DNA of 64,000 nucleotides, from NCBI GenBank assembly GCA_038087875.1, contig CM075992.1, positions 1,490,001 through 1,554,000 of the forward strand, in the 5' to 3' direction. How positions within the stretch are numbered: position 1 is the first letter of the stretch; each line of letters opens with the position of its first letter. The stretch is from Malacoraja senta (lineage: Eukaryota). The position numbers and the translations under genes were made by a program. Below the pieces are notes generated by a model. It saw only the letters and a program-made list of their open reading frames with translations. It did no database searches and was not told where the DNA came from. Shown piece by piece: positions 39,168 through 52,101 of the stretch.

Positions 39168-39349
39168 CTGCCAATCACCCCCCCCCCCCCCGACACTCCT
39201 CCCACCAGGATTTATTAGATTTATTTATTTACTGCTCATATTTATGTCGCTCTTCTAGGGAGATGCTAACTGCATTTCGTTGTCTCTGTACTGTACACTG
39301 CACAATGACAATAAAGTTGAATCTGAATCTGAATCTGATCTGAATCTGA
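36878..39349 (+). mobile_element. Rex-Babar clade LINE, 5'-truncated, with uninterrupted ORF
   Basis: (TGAATC)n tail after GACAATAAAG; ATACAA repeated at 36872-36877 and 39350-39355. Confidence 0.9.
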
Positions 39350-39399
39350 ATACAATACTTGTGTGTAAACCAGTTGATTCCTACACTCTGAGCATGAAT

Positions 39400-39472
39400 G
39401 ACAGTGGAAGGGGGCGGCTGTCTGCGTGATTGGGCTACACACTGGCTGCTTGTCCATTGGTGTGTGTGTGTA

Positions 39473-39508
<36 letters not shown>

Positions 39509-39573
39509 GGGGAACCAATGAAGTTTGTGCGGAAGTGAGAAGTTTTGCTGAAGTTTCTGCCGGGGCCCGGGAC
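39400..39573 (+). promoter_or_regulatory. TMED1: Probable TMED1 proximal promoter/5' UTR
   Basis: GC box GGGGCGG 39411-39417; CCAAT boxes (ATTGG 39429 and 39456, CCAAT 39515); ETS/GABP-type CGGAAGTG 39530-39537; no TATA box. Confidence 0.55.
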
Positions 39574-39768
39574 ATGGACATGGAGGTCGGGGATTCCCTC
39601 CTACAGCGGAGCCGGCTACTCCTCGCCCTGCTCGCCTATTCCTCTGCCATCTCCGCAACCTTCAGCCAGCCCTCGGACTCCGAGTTCACCTTCGTCTTGC
39701 CGCCGGGCAGGGAAGAGTGTTTCTACCAGAGCGCTGACCACAACAACAGCATGGAGTTGGAGTATCAG
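39574..39768 (+). CDS. TMED1: TMED1 exon 1 (signal peptide, start of GOLD domain)
   Basis: [71 protein letters not shown]; alternative ATG at 39580. Confidence 0.92.
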
Positions 39769-41266
39769 GTAGGGCTGGAAGCCACACACCCACCCACCCA
39801 TTTAGCACTCGGAAACATCCACCTCTGCTTTAAATTCACTCCCCGACTAACCTTCCCCACGGTGAGGAATCTGTCCCCGTCAATTCCAAAGGAGTGAAAT
39901 GTATCTCAATTCCAAATGTCACACTTCAGCTGAATCTCTGCTTCTCACTTGTTCAGATAAAGAAGAACGTCCCCCCATTCCTTCTCCCCAGAGATGCTGC
40001 TGCCTGTCCCGCTGAGTGACTCCAGCATTTTGTGCCTGTCCTGGTTCTGATCAAAAGATCACACAGAGCAAATCTAGTATCTTTGCTTCTGCTAGTGTGG
40101 AGGGGGAGGGAGGGGAGCTGGCTGGTGCATCCGGTAAACCCAGGCCAAGACCGGTTCTTGTTCTCTGTTCTCAAGGCCCACGAATACTCAAGTCAGTCCT
40201 AACTTTGCCAACCTCTGCTCACAGGGAAAACTGCCACCCCTGAGACCAGACTTATGAATCTGAGTTACCCTGCAACCATATCCTTTTTAAAAATGGAGTC
40301 TGAAACTGTGTACAGTACTCCAATGCTCTATGTAATTTTAGCAAGGCATGTTTACTCCTGATTTTAATTCCTCTTGTAATAAAGGTTAATGCATCGTTTG
40401 CTTGCTTTCACTTTCACAGATACTTTTGCCCTCATAACATTTCCTCAATCTGTCACTAAGACTGCAACGACCAGGTTCAGGAACAGCCGCTTCCCCACAG
40501 CCATCAGGCTATTAAACCTGGCTCGGACATAACACTGAACTTTACTAGCCAATACTGTTATTTGCACTTTATCAGTATATTGACCATTGTGTATATATTT
40601 ATAGAATGCCTTGTAGTCAATGCCTACTATGTTCTGTTGTGCTGAAGCAAAGCAAGAATTTCATTGTCCTACCAGGGACACATGACAATAAACTCACTTG
40701 AAATGACTTCTGTTTACTGAAACAGTAAACAGATATGGGGAGAAGGCAGGCACGGTTTATTGATTGGGGATGATCAGCCATGATCACAATGAATGGCGGT
40801 GCTGGCTCGAAGGGCCGAATGGCCTCCTCCTGCACCTATTTTCTATGTTTCTATTGCTTCACATTTCTCATGTTATATTCCAGCTGTCATGCTCTTGCTT
40901 ATTTACTTAACCTATCCCCTTGGCTTGAAACTTCTTTACATCCACCCTTTTTACAATCCATTCTAGATTGGTATCGTCAGCGAGCATGAAATTATGAAAC
41001 TGCATCAATTAAGTTGTTAACGTGAGTTGTGGATTCAGCCCTGAGACCTGCCAAATCTTGAGAAGGCAGACACAAAAAGCTGGAGTAACTCAGTGGGACA
41101 GGCAGCATTTCTGGAGAGAAGGAATGGGTGACGTTTCTGGTTGAGACCCTTCTTCAGATAGCTGCAGATGATCAATCATTGCGTATACAAGACTGCATCG
41201 GTGTGAACACTAAGTAATGTTTGTTTTAATTGTGAGGCAAGATCTGTGTGCTTAGGTTGGGGAAGG

Positions 41267-41506
41267 GGTGGGAGATTGCAACCTTGTTCTATATTCTGTT
41301 GTGCTGAAGCAAAGCAAGAATTTCATTGTCCTATCAGGGACACATGACAATAAACTCTCTTCACTTCACTTCACCTGGTCCGTCCGCCCTGTTTCGATGA
41401 ATGCAATCAACCCGGGCGTGCATAATCAAATAAGATCAAATAGAACAAGTTGTCCTGCAACTTTAGGCTGTGCACGCCTTACACAAGAAGAAGAAGAAGA
41501 AGAAGA
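41267..41506 (+). mobile_element. Retroposon 3' end with (GAA)n tail (RTE-like), intronic, containing a nested fragment
   Basis: 13-bp direct repeat AGGTTGGGGAAGG at 41254-41266 and 41507-41519. Confidence 0.65.
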
Positions 41507-41908
41507 AGGTTGGGGAAGGACTGCTCCTTTTCCTCTGCTTTTCAGAATGAAACATGGATGAATTACAGACCCTTAGTTTGAACTGAAACATGATAACCAG
41601 ATTCTGAAGTAAGCTTAGTGCCCAATGTACCTGCACCGCCTTTCAATAAGATCATGGCTGATCTTTTATGTTGGAATTATTTCCATGCACTGATATTTCT
41701 TCATTACCTAAAAGTGTTCGATCTTCTTTCAAAAATACTCAATGACTGAGCCTTCACATCCCCCTTGAGCAGAGAATTCCAAAGATTCAAGTCAAGAGAG
41801 TTTATTGTCATGTGTCCCAGATAGGACAATGAAATTCTTGCTTTGCTGCAGCACAACAGAATATTGTAGGCATCAATACAGATCAGATCAGTGTGTCGAA
41901 ATACCACA

Positions 41909-41951
<43 letters not shown>

Positions 41952-43183
41952 AATAAACAGATAAAGTGCAATAGGCTGTTATAGTTCAGAGTTTGTTTGA
42001 AGTAGTGTTTAATAGTCTGATGGCTGTGGGGAAGAATCTTCACTACCCTCTGTGGTGAAGAATTTATTTCTCCCCCAAGTTCTGAATGGCCAACCCCTTA
42101 TTTTGGAATTGTAAGCTCGATTCTAACCACCTCAATCCAGAGGCACTCCTTCACGCTTATCCTGCCCATGTCTTGTAAGAACTTTGAATATTTCAATGAT
42201 GGTGCAAGTCTCATTATTGTAAAAGAGAGAACTGCAACAATCTCCTTTACCTGAAGTATAACCTCCTTTGCATCGTAAAGACAGCCACGTAGACAATATT
42301 CCAGCTATGGTTTCACCACCGCCCTATATAATTAGAGCATTGCTTTAGGCAAATCGATTTGCAATAAAGACCAATATACCAATTAACTTCTTAATGACTT
42401 GCTGTAAGTGTATTAACTTCCAGTAATTCATGCACATCTATATCACAGCCCCATTGAAAAACAACACCGTTCATCCCTTCAATCTTTAAAAACAAACCTC
42501 TGCCTTTCTATTAGTTTACCAAAGTAATAGAAAGATGAACAGACGAGAGCCCTAGAAACATTCCCAGATGAGTTGGAAACACTGCAGGCTGTGGTGTAGA
42601 AACTATGCAGCATCTTCCTTGGAGCAGAGATTGTCCACATACCCACTCTACCGTTTCTCATCACCTGGCAGAAACAATGGCCTTGGTGCATCCATTCCAC
42701 GTGGCACTGAGTAAAGACCATGTCACCCTGGAGTACAATATCAGTCTGAGCTGTGGATAGACACAAAATGCTGGAGGAACTCAGCAGGACAGGCAACATC
42801 TCTGGAGAGAAGGAATGGGTGACGTTTCGAGACCCTACTTCTTCAAACATCACCCATTCCATCTCTCCAGAGATGCTGCCTGTCCCGCTGAGTTACTCCA
42901 GCATTTTGTGTCTATCTTTGGCTTAAACCAGCATCTGCAGTTCCTTCCCACACATAATCAGTTTGAGCTGTGGTTTGAGAATGTCATCTAATTCACTGTA
43001 ACTTCTTGAGTCCTTGTTTCATCTTTTAATTCCTGTTCACCTTTGGTGTTTGCTTTTAAGGACACTGAAACGGTCATTGGAATATAGTATTGGTTTGCTG
43101 CCATTCCCATTCCCAAGCTCTTGGGATGAGGATGAAGCATGGGGTTGGGTTATTTCTGAAACTGGGCTGTGGTTTTGTTGCAG

Positions 43184-43281
43184 GTGATTGGAGGTGCAGG
43201 CATGGACGTCAATTTCAATGTTTTTGGTCCAAATGGCGGAAAGCTGATCTCAGAGTCCAGAAAGTCCGATGGTGTTCATAC
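43184..43281 (+). CDS. TMED1: TMED1 exon 2
   Basis: [41 protein letters not shown](T)|GTAAGT; 98 nt. Confidence 0.93.
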
Positions 43282-43993
43282 GTAAGTTCAAATAAGATCA
43301 AATAGAACAAGTTGTCCCACAACTCTAGGCTGTGCACGCCGTACGCAAGAAGAAGAGGACATGAACTTTGTTTGGCTATTTGACTCTGCAGGGCATCACA
43401 TTATGCTCACCCACTGGCTGATTAGTTTGCAACAAAAGCTTTTCACTCTTCACGTGACAAGAAACTAAACCAAACTGATCATAAATTACTCCACAACTAT
43501 CAAGAAGGATAGTTGAAGAAGGGTCTCGACCCAAAACGTTGCCTATTTCCTTCGCTCCATAGATGCTGCCTCACCCGCTGAGTTTCTCCAGCATTTTTGT
43601 CTACCCACAACTATTAATGGTGTCTTCAGCTGTTAATTGAAATTCCTTCCCTTTACATTGTTTGAACTTCTCCAAATAACTTCTCATGTCCATGTGGATT
43701 TTTTTTCTGGTGAATTCTTTTTCTGCCCGTGAAACACTTTGGGACACTTTAAAAAATGTTAAAAGCCACGTATCAATGCTTTAGTTTAAGAAGTAACTGC
43801 AGATGCTGGAAAAATCGAGGGTAGACAAAAATGCTGGAGAAACTCAGCGGGTGAAGGCAGCATCTATGGAGCGAAGGAAATAGGCGATGTGTGGATCTCC
43901 ACAGTTTCTCCAGCATTTTTATCAATGCTTTCGATATGTTTCAACAGACCAGCCCTTGGATCTTTTACCGAGGATATTTCTATTGTTCCGCAG

Positions 43994-44162
43994 GATTGAG
44001 CCGACAATGAATGGGGATTATAAAATCTGCTTTGATAATTCCTTCAGCACCATTTCTGAGAAGATCATCTTTTTTGAGGTGATTTTTGATGACGCTCAGG
44101 AGGACTGGTCGGAGATTGTGGAACCTGAGGAGCTGCTAGATATTAAGATTGACGATATCAAG
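43994..44162 (+). CDS. TMED1: TMED1 exon 3
   Basis: [68 protein letters not shown]; 169 nt. Confidence 0.95.
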
Positions 44163-44231
44163 GTGAGTTGGAATCAGTGTCACACCCTACCTAACAAGGT
44201 AAGCGGTAGAATTTCTGTACATCGTTGAAGA

Positions 44232-44540
44232 TCATAAGTGATAGGAGCAGATGGGAGTGATAGGAGCCATTCGGCCCATCACGTCTACTCCACCATTCAA
44301 TCATGGCTGATCTATTCTCAGGCCTCCTAACCCCATTCTCCTGCCTTCTCCCCTTAACCTCTAACTCTTGTACTAATCAAGAATCTACCTCTCTCTGCCC
44401 TAAATATAACCATTGAATTGGCCTCCACAGCCTTCCGTGCAAAGAATTCCACATATTCACCACCCTCTGTCTAAAGAAATTCCTCCTCATCACCTTCCTA
44501 AAAGAACGTCCTTTAATTCTGAGGCTGTGACCTCTGTTCT
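44232..44540 (-). mobile_element. CR1 3' fragment
   Basis: CCATTCGGCCCATC...GGCCTCCACAGCC...GAATTCCAC reverse tail. Confidence 0.75.
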
Positions 44541-45269
44541 GAAACTAATCCTAATGCTGTGACCGTACAAGTTAAATAGTTTCCGAAAGCTCTTTAGACC
44601 ATCAAGTCCATGCTGATCCAATCAGTTGGTACAGTAATCCAATCAGTTGAATTCTCTTGTTTTTCTCCTAATGTTGCAAATTATTCCACATGCCTTTCCA
44701 AATCCCATTGGAAAACCCAGCCTTGCAAGTAGCGAGATCCAGATCATACCTACCCTTATTAACAAGAAAATATTTTCCTTGCACCTCTCTTGAATGTTTT
44801 GCCCAGAATGTTATAGTTGCTGCTCCTTGTACAATTTGGTAACGGAAACACTTCCCATCTATTTACTGTATCTAAACCAGCCACGAACGTATACTCTAAC
44901 AAATTTCCACCCGAGATAGACACAAAATGCTGGAGTAACTCAGCAGGACAGACAGCATCTCTGGAAAGAAGGAATGGGTGACGTTTCGCCTCGTCCCGAA
45001 ACGCCACCCATTCCGTCTCTTCAGAGATGCTCCCTGTCCCGCTGAGTTACTCCAGCTTTTTGTGTCTATCTTCGGTTTAAACCAGCATCTGCAGTTCCTG
45101 CCTACATATTTCCACCCAATGTCCTTGACACCAGGGAGAATAACCATGTTTTCAGCCTAACTTTATCCATAGAACTGTGAGCTGACAGAATGGTGCCAGA
45201 GTGTAGTGGAGAATAAGAATTTGAAAAAAGAGGTGGGGAAAAGGCTGTATGATTTTTAATGTTACTATA

Positions 45270-45474
45270 GGCGGCACGGCGGTGGGGCTGCTGCCTTACA
45301 GCGTCAGAGAACCGGTTCGATCCTGACTACGGGTGCTGTCTGTACAAAGTTTGTACGTTCTCCCCCGTGACCCGCGTGGGTTTCCTCCGGGATCTCCGGT
45401 TTCCTCCCACACTCCAAAGACCTACAGGTTTGTAGGCTTATTGGCTTTGGTAAAATAGTAAATTGTCCCTAGTG
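45270..45474 (+). mobile_element. HE1-type tRNA-derived SINE, partial
   Basis: GGCGGCACGG...GCTGCCTTACAGCG...GGTTCGATCCTGACTACGGGTGCTGTCTGTAC. Confidence 0.8.
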
Positions 45475-46332
45475 CTCCACATTGTACTGGAAGTCTGAAA
45501 ATTACCAACTAACACAATAGGTCGACAAAGTGCTGGAGAAACTCAGCGGGTGAGGCAGCATCTATGGAGAAATGGGTGACATTTCGGGTGACCCGAAACG
45601 CCACCTATTCCTTTGCTCCATAAATGCTGCCTCACCCGCTGAGTTTCCGGAAGGGTCTCGACCCGAAACGCCACCTATTCCTTCGCTCCATAGATGCTGT
45701 CTCACCCGCTGAGTTTCTCCAGCATTTATGTCTACCTTTGATTTTTCCAGCATCTGCAGTTCCTTCTTAAACTAACACAATAGGATAACCATATTTCACA
45801 ACATTGTACATGTGAATAACCATCCAGTCTTCTGCACTGTTTTACCGGTACTCTTGGCTATTATAGTGTTATACTAGAATTTAATACATAAGTTTATATT
45901 TGTTTTCGTTTTATTAGCTTGCTGTTTATGATGTTTGCCTAGTTTTTTTTCCTACCAGACCTTTTCATTTACTCGAAATTTCACCTGCTAACAATCTGTC
46001 CATAGGCACAAAAAGCTGGAGTAACTCAGCAGGACAGGCAGTATCTTTGGAGAGAAGGAATGGGTGACATTTCGGGCGACCTGAAAGGCCACCCATTCCG
46101 TCTCTGCAGAGATGCTGCCTGTCCCGCTGAGTTACTCCAGCTTTTTGTGTCTATCTTCGGTTTAATTCCTTCCTACACAACAATCCGTTCAGTCTAGGAT
46201 CCCATGTATGTAGTTCTCCTCAGAGTTTGCCAAATGGGAAGAAGTAAAATAGAATAGACTGATTGCTGCGTGTGTTCCCCCCCACCCCCCCAATCTCGTA
46301 TTCACCCTGACTGTCCATCCATCATTTCTCAG

Positions 46333-46551
46333 GAGGCGATTGGGAACATGAACAACAAGCTGAGCAAGAGCATGCAGATCCAGGCTATTCTCCGAGCCTT
46401 CGAGGCCCGGGACCGCAACCTACAGGAGGGCAATTTGGGGCGAGTGAATTTTTGGTCTGCGGTCAATCTCGGCGTGATGTTGGTGGTGTCATTTGTCCAG
46501 GTGTACATGTTGAAAAGTCTCTTTGATGATCGGAGAAAAGTTCAAACTTAA
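46333..46551 (+). CDS. TMED1: TMED1 exon 4 (coiled coil, transmembrane helix, cytosolic tail)
   Basis: TTTCTCAG|EAIGNMNNKLSKSMQIQAILRAFEARDRNLQEGNLGRVNFWSAVNLGVMLVVSFVQVYMLKSLFDDRRKVQT*; spliced CDS 681 nt = 226 aa. TMED1 preferred over TMED5 by NLQEGN/FWSAVN, YQVIGGAG and linkage to DNM2. Confidence 0.93.
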   Translation, partial: EAIGNMNNKLSKSMQIQAILRAFEARDRNLQEGNLGRVNFWSAVNLGVMLVVSFVQVYMLKSLFDDRRKVQT

Positions 46552-46770
46552 CTTGAGAGACTGTAAAATGAAGTAGAGGTGTCAACTGGCAGTGGCCGAC
46601 TGGTCACAGGCTATTCCTTGGTTTGGGGTAGGCATGCTGGATTTTTGGGGTTAGTTGGGATTTTGGAGGAGGTTGAGATTGAAGTGAATTGTATCGACAA
46701 TGCTGCACAATGATACTTTAACAGAATACTCCCGTGAAAGTATATTGATATCTGCATGTTTGTTATTGTT

Positions 46771-46836
46771 AATAAACTGGGAGAAATCAGGTGTGGAAGT
46801 TCATCCCATTTGAAGTGCAGAGTGTCATTAAATAAA
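46771..46836 (+). promoter_or_regulatory. TMED1: Candidate TMED1 poly(A) signals
   Basis: AATAAA at 46771-46776 and 46831-46836. Confidence 0.55.
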
Positions 46837-47463
46837 GAGTCAATTTATGGAATGGATTGAATGACGTTTTTAATTATCGACGTGGAGGATCTGTCTGGGG
46901 TTAGGAGGGGGAGTAAAGCAAAGCTGGAGTTCAGTGGAAGGAGTTGATCTGATGGGGAATGCAATGAAATATTTAAAAGTTAATGTTTAGTTGAGAGATA
47001 CAGCGCAGAAACAGGCCCTCTGCCCACACTAACACTACCTACACACACTAGGGGCAATTTACAATGTTACTAAAGCCAATTAACCTGCAGACCTGCACGT
47101 CTTTGGAGTGTGGGAGGAAACTGAAGATCTTGGAGGAATGACGAACGGCAGCGGAAAGACAATACATGATTACAATCGAGCCATTTGCAGTGTTAAGAAA
47201 TGTTGCTGTAGGAATAGAGATTTGAGAGTGTGGACCGATTGCAATATGTGATCGAACCAGTACACGGCAAGGGTATATGGACACACTGATCTGCTCTGTA
47301 TTCATGCCTACTATGTTCTGTTGTGCTGAAGCAAAAGCAAGAATTTCATTGTCCTATCAGGGACACATGACAATAAACTCTCTTGAACTCTTGAACAAGC
47401 AAGTAACAAGGTCAAACCCTATTTTCGATCCTCTCAGTATCTCTCTCTCAGCCCCAAGCACTC

Positions 47464-50161
47464 CACAAAAGCAGAAAACCCTTCAAAACAAAACATACGC
47501 TGGCTCCAGCCGCAGAAGTTAACTTTCTCCTCCGGCAGATGCTGCATGAACCTGCTGATTGTTTCCAGCATGTTTCATTTTTGTTTCACATTTCTATCAT
47601 ATCAGGTCATGTCATAAGTCATAGAAGCAGAATTAGGCCATTCGATCCGTCAAGTCTACTCCGCCATTCAATCATGGCTGATCTATCTCTCCCTCCTAAC
47701 CCCATTCTCCTGCCCATTCTCCCCACAGCTCTCGACACCTGTACTAATCGAGAATCTATCTATCTCTGCCTTAAAAATATCCATCGACTTGGCCTCCACA
47801 GCCTTCTGTGGAAAATAATTCCACATTGTTATTGTTTTAATTCCTCCACCATTGCCAGCTTGATGCAAGATTGCTGCCCCCCCCCCCCACCCCCAAGAAA
47901 CCAAAGCCAGGAAAAAAAGGAAAACAGAGACACAAGGAAATCTCCTTCTACCGTCGATCCCTTTATTTCAATTCATTACCGTACAGAATGCAGGCACTTC
48001 ATTTCAAATCAGTTAACAGTCAATAGAATCACACAGCAGGAGAGGAAACATTCTCGGGTATCTGTTAGATGAAACAGAAACCCCGATATCAACATGTGAT
48101 GAAATAATAATCGGAAACAATCTGTCACTCACTATTTTGTAAAACAGTTAATTAATTCAGTTATTTTTTTTTGCTTCTAGAAATTAGAATGGAAAGATCG
48201 CTGATCAGATTTTGCCATTTATATTACAAAAACCACCAGGAGTTTGGTGCTGAATCTCCCGGAAACATTGTGGAACCCTTGCTCCACACTACAGTGGCAT
48301 TCTCTTTATTGCAAAAGTGATCAAGTTTCAAGGATTAGACCCAGCAAATTCTCCCTCTAAAAGTGAGAGAAATTAGTTTTGATTCAATAACTAATATATA
48401 TATTTTATATAAAACTGCTCCCACCAAGTCACGACTGCTAATCAACTATAGCCTACAAGAAAATGCTTCACAGGATAGATAAATCCCACTGTTTAATCCA
48501 GTAGGGATTGCTCGGATGTCCGGATAATTGTGGGCCGGAGACAAAACAAAACGGGGGGGTCAATATAATGGGGTCGAGACACGGGAGCAAATCAGGGTTC
48601 ATTTCAACAGCCACTGTAAAGTCAGAAGCAGGGTCTCGACCCGAAAAGTCACCCATTCCTTCTCTCCCGAGATGCTGCCTGTCCCGCTGAGTTACTCCAG
48701 CATTTTGTGCATATCTTCGATTTAAACCAGCATCTGCACTTCTTTCCAACGGCGATTCATTTCAACAGCACTTGGGCACAGCCAGAGTACAGAGTTGCCG
48801 CTGCCTGGGGAAGCGCTTTTCTCAGTCACACACACCGTTCCAGAATTTACACTCCGGCGGGATAAGCAACGAGGAACAGATGGGAGGATTAACATTGAGA
48901 CAGAGTTGGAGGGAAGGGGGAATCACAGAGGGGGGAGCAGTTAGAGAGGAGGTTGTGAGTGGTTCGGGGTCTGAAGAAGGGTTTCGGCCCGAAACGTTGC
49001 CTATTTCCTTCGCACCATAGATGCTGCTGCACCCGCTGAGTTTCTCCAGCACTGTTGTCTACCTTAACATTGAGACAAGTGGGAGTGAGGCAGAGTTACT
49101 CCAGGCGTTATGATGGGTGCGAATAAATGAATGAATGAATGAATGAAAGGAAGGAAGTGGTACTGGTGGAGGAAGTTGGATGTGGTTGAGAAAGAGAGTA
49201 TCATTTAGCTGGGCGTCAGTGTAGGCCTGTGAGCACAGGCTTGGGTGGGTGGATACATGGTGCGAGTCAGAACATGGGTAGCCTCATTAGATTTGGGGGT
49301 GGGGTGGATCGAACCAGCGTCTGCAGTTCCTTCTTAAACAGTGTGGTAAAACAAGTCACCGTAGCGATCCTCAGGCTGGGGATGGATTGAACCATTCAAA
49401 TGAGATGTTAATCTTCTACATTCCAGCATATACAAGCCCAGCCGCTCCATTCTATTAACATATGACAGTCCCGCCATCCGGGAATTAACCTGGAAGATAG
49501 TAAGCTTCACCACGGAGAATGTGGCAAGGGAATTACAGAGAGACAGATGGGTGGGGCGGGGAGGAAAACACCCCAACAGTTAGGCAGATATGTGGATGAG
49601 CCCACCCCCACAACACAGATCAATGGGTGGGGAGGGGGGGGGGTAAGATAGAGGCAGGCAGACTGTCGAGGCCCATCCACAAACCACAACACAGACAAAG
49701 CCCCCCCCCTCCCCCACCTCCAAGACAGAAGCAGACAGATGAACATGTGTGGGACCCCCAAGACACAGGCAGATGGACATCATGGGGGAGTTCTGAGACA
49801 CAGACAGCTAGATGCACCAGACCAGACAGGTAGATGTGAAGGTGCCCCTCTCAGCTCTGAGACGGGTATCTTCCCTGATACACTGAAAGACGGATCAGAA
49901 CCCAGCCGAGACACAGGCAGATGGACATCATGAGGACAGCTCCATGGGACTAGCAGTTAGAGGCCTGAGACTATGCAGGTAGAGAAGTGAATGAGCCTCT
50001 GAGCCAGGCATCTTCCCCCCATAAACTGGAGGACAGATAGGAACCCGTCCCAGACAGACAACAGGCAAATTCTAAAAGAGATAAACACGTCTCCTTCTCA
50101 GCTGCAGCTTCTCTGGATGCATCCACACAAAGCTGGATCCCAGGGAAGGGTTTCCACCTAC
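47464..50161 (-). pseudogene. DNM2: Degraded DNM2 3' end (last intron, broken last exon, shortened 3' UTR/flank), tail-to-tail with TMED1
   Basis: 47464-48437 = rc of 8515-9487; 48438-48565 = rc of about 6720-6879 lacking 6749-6779; 49937-50161 = rc of 6132-6356; PTIIRTSEQSLLD* remnant at 48493-48538. Confidence 0.88.
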
Positions 50162-50219
50162 GGTGACGTTTAGGGTCGAGATCCAGCTTTGTGTGTGTGC
50201 GTGCGTGCGTGCGTGCGTC

Positions 50220-50293
<74 letters not shown>

Positions 50294-50329
50294 TCTCCTC
50301 CCCCCCCTGTCTCCTCTCTGTGTCTCCCT

Positions 50330-51691
50330 CCAGCCAGTGTCCAGCGGCCGGAGAATCCAGTGTCCAGCGGCAGGAGAAGCCAGTGTCAAGCGGCCGGAGA
50401 AGCCAGTGTCCAGCGGCCGGAGAAGCCAGTGTCCAGCGGCCGGAGTAGCCAGCGTCCAGTGGCCGGAGAAGCCAGTGTCCAGCGGCCTGAGTAGCCAGTG
50501 TCCAGCGGCCGGAGAAGACAGTGTCCAGCGGCCGGAGAAGCCAGTGTCCAGAGGTAGGAGAAGCCAGTGTCGAGCGGCCGGAGAAGCCCATGTCCAGCGG
50601 CCTGAGCAGCCAGTGTCCAGCGACCGGAGAAGCCAGTCTCCAGCGGCCAGAGAAGCCAGTGTCTAGTGGCTGGAGTAGCCAGTGTAGCCAGTGTCCAGCG
50701 ACCAGAGAAGCCAGTGTCCAGCGGCCAGAGAAGCCAGTGTCCAGCGGTCAGAGTAGACAGTGTCCAGCGGCCTGAGTAGCCAGTGTCCAGCGGCCGGAGA
50801 AGCCAGTGTCCAGCGGCCAGAGAAGCCAGTGTCAGGCAGCCGGAGTCGCCAGTGTCCAGTGTCCGGAGTAGCCAGCGTCCAGTGGCCGAAGCAGCCAGAG
50901 TCCGGCAGCCGGAGAAGCCAGTGTCCAGTGGCCTGAGTAGCCAGTGTCCAATGGCCGGATAAGCCGCTGGAAACTGGCAACTCCAGCCGCTGGACACTGG
51001 CTACTCCGGCCGCTGGACACAGCCTATACTGTCTACTCTGGCCGCTGGACACTGGCTTCTCTGGCCGCTGGACACTGGCTACTCCGGCCGCTGGACACTG
51101 GCTTCTCTGGCCACCGGACACTGGATTCTCCGGCCACTGGACACTGGCTTCTCTGACCGCTGAACACTGGCTTCTTCGGCCACTGGACACATGCTACTCC
51201 GGCCACTGGACACTGGCTACTCCGGCCGCTGGACACAGCCTATACTGTAATCCGGCTGCTGGACACTGGCTTCTCTGGCCGCTGGACACTGGCTCTCCGG
51301 CCGCTGGTCACTGGCTACTCCAGCCGCTGGAAACTGGCTTCTCTGGCCGCCGGACACTGGCTTCTCCGGCCACTGGACCATGGCTTCTCTGGCTGCCGGA
51401 CACTGGCTTCTCCGGCTGCTGGACACTGGCTTGTCTGGACGCTGGACACAGGCTACTCAGGCCGCTGGACACTGGCAATTCCGGCCGCTGGACACTGGCT
51501 TCTCTGGCCACCTGACATTGGCTATTCCGGCCACTGGACACTGGCTTCTCCGGCCGCTGGACACGGGCTACACTGGCTACTCCAGCCGCTGGACACTGGC
51601 TTCTCCGGCCGCTGGAGACTGGCTACTCCAGCCGCTGGACACTGGCTTCCCCGGCCGCTGGACACTGGCTACTTCGGCCCCCGGACACTGG
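50330..51691. repeat. Second inverted pair of 23-bp minisatellite arrays (switch at about 50963)
   Basis: CCAGTGTCCAGCGGCC units to about 50962, then GCCGCTGGACACTGG units; preceded by the reverse complement of the anchor. Confidence 0.95.
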
Positions 51692-52100
51692 CAGGGGCAG
51701 GCAGGCAAGATTTGGCAACATTTATTTGATAAATTTATTTGATAAATTATTTGCTAATTTTTTTTAAATTATTGCTATGCAATGCTTTTAACATCCCAAG
51801 GGGTTTACAATATTACTTTCATGCAATGCCCTCCCTCCCTCGCTGCATTTAACATTGCAGGTGTGTGTGGGCAAAATTATTCCAATGCAATGCATCTATT
51901 GCATTTCACATTTCTATTGAGAGGTTTTGCAAGATTTTTGCAAAATTATTGCAATGCAATGCATTTCACATACCAAGGGGTTAGTTGCAATATTACTGTT
52001 AACAATTTAACAAGGAACTAACTCCAGATAGATGCTGCAAAATCCAAGGTGGAATTGACAAAAATGCTGGAGAAACTCAGCGGGTGGCTGGGTGCAGGCA
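51692..52100 (-). repeat. Inverted paralogue of about 10495-10895 (AT-rich TGCATTGCA block plus Penelope-derived piece)
   Basis: ORF 51782+ mirrors ORF 10574-. Confidence 0.88.
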
Positions 52101-52101
52101 G

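Noticed and set aside
39430..39897. 155-aa single-exon ORF
   Set aside because: Only 39574-39768 is TMED1 exon 1; the rest is promoter/(TG)n and intron read-through
39574..46551. Assignment as TMED5
   Set aside because: The tail resembles TMED5, but YQVIGGAG, NLQEGN/FWSAVN and adjacency to DNM2 favour TMED1; a phylogeny would settle it
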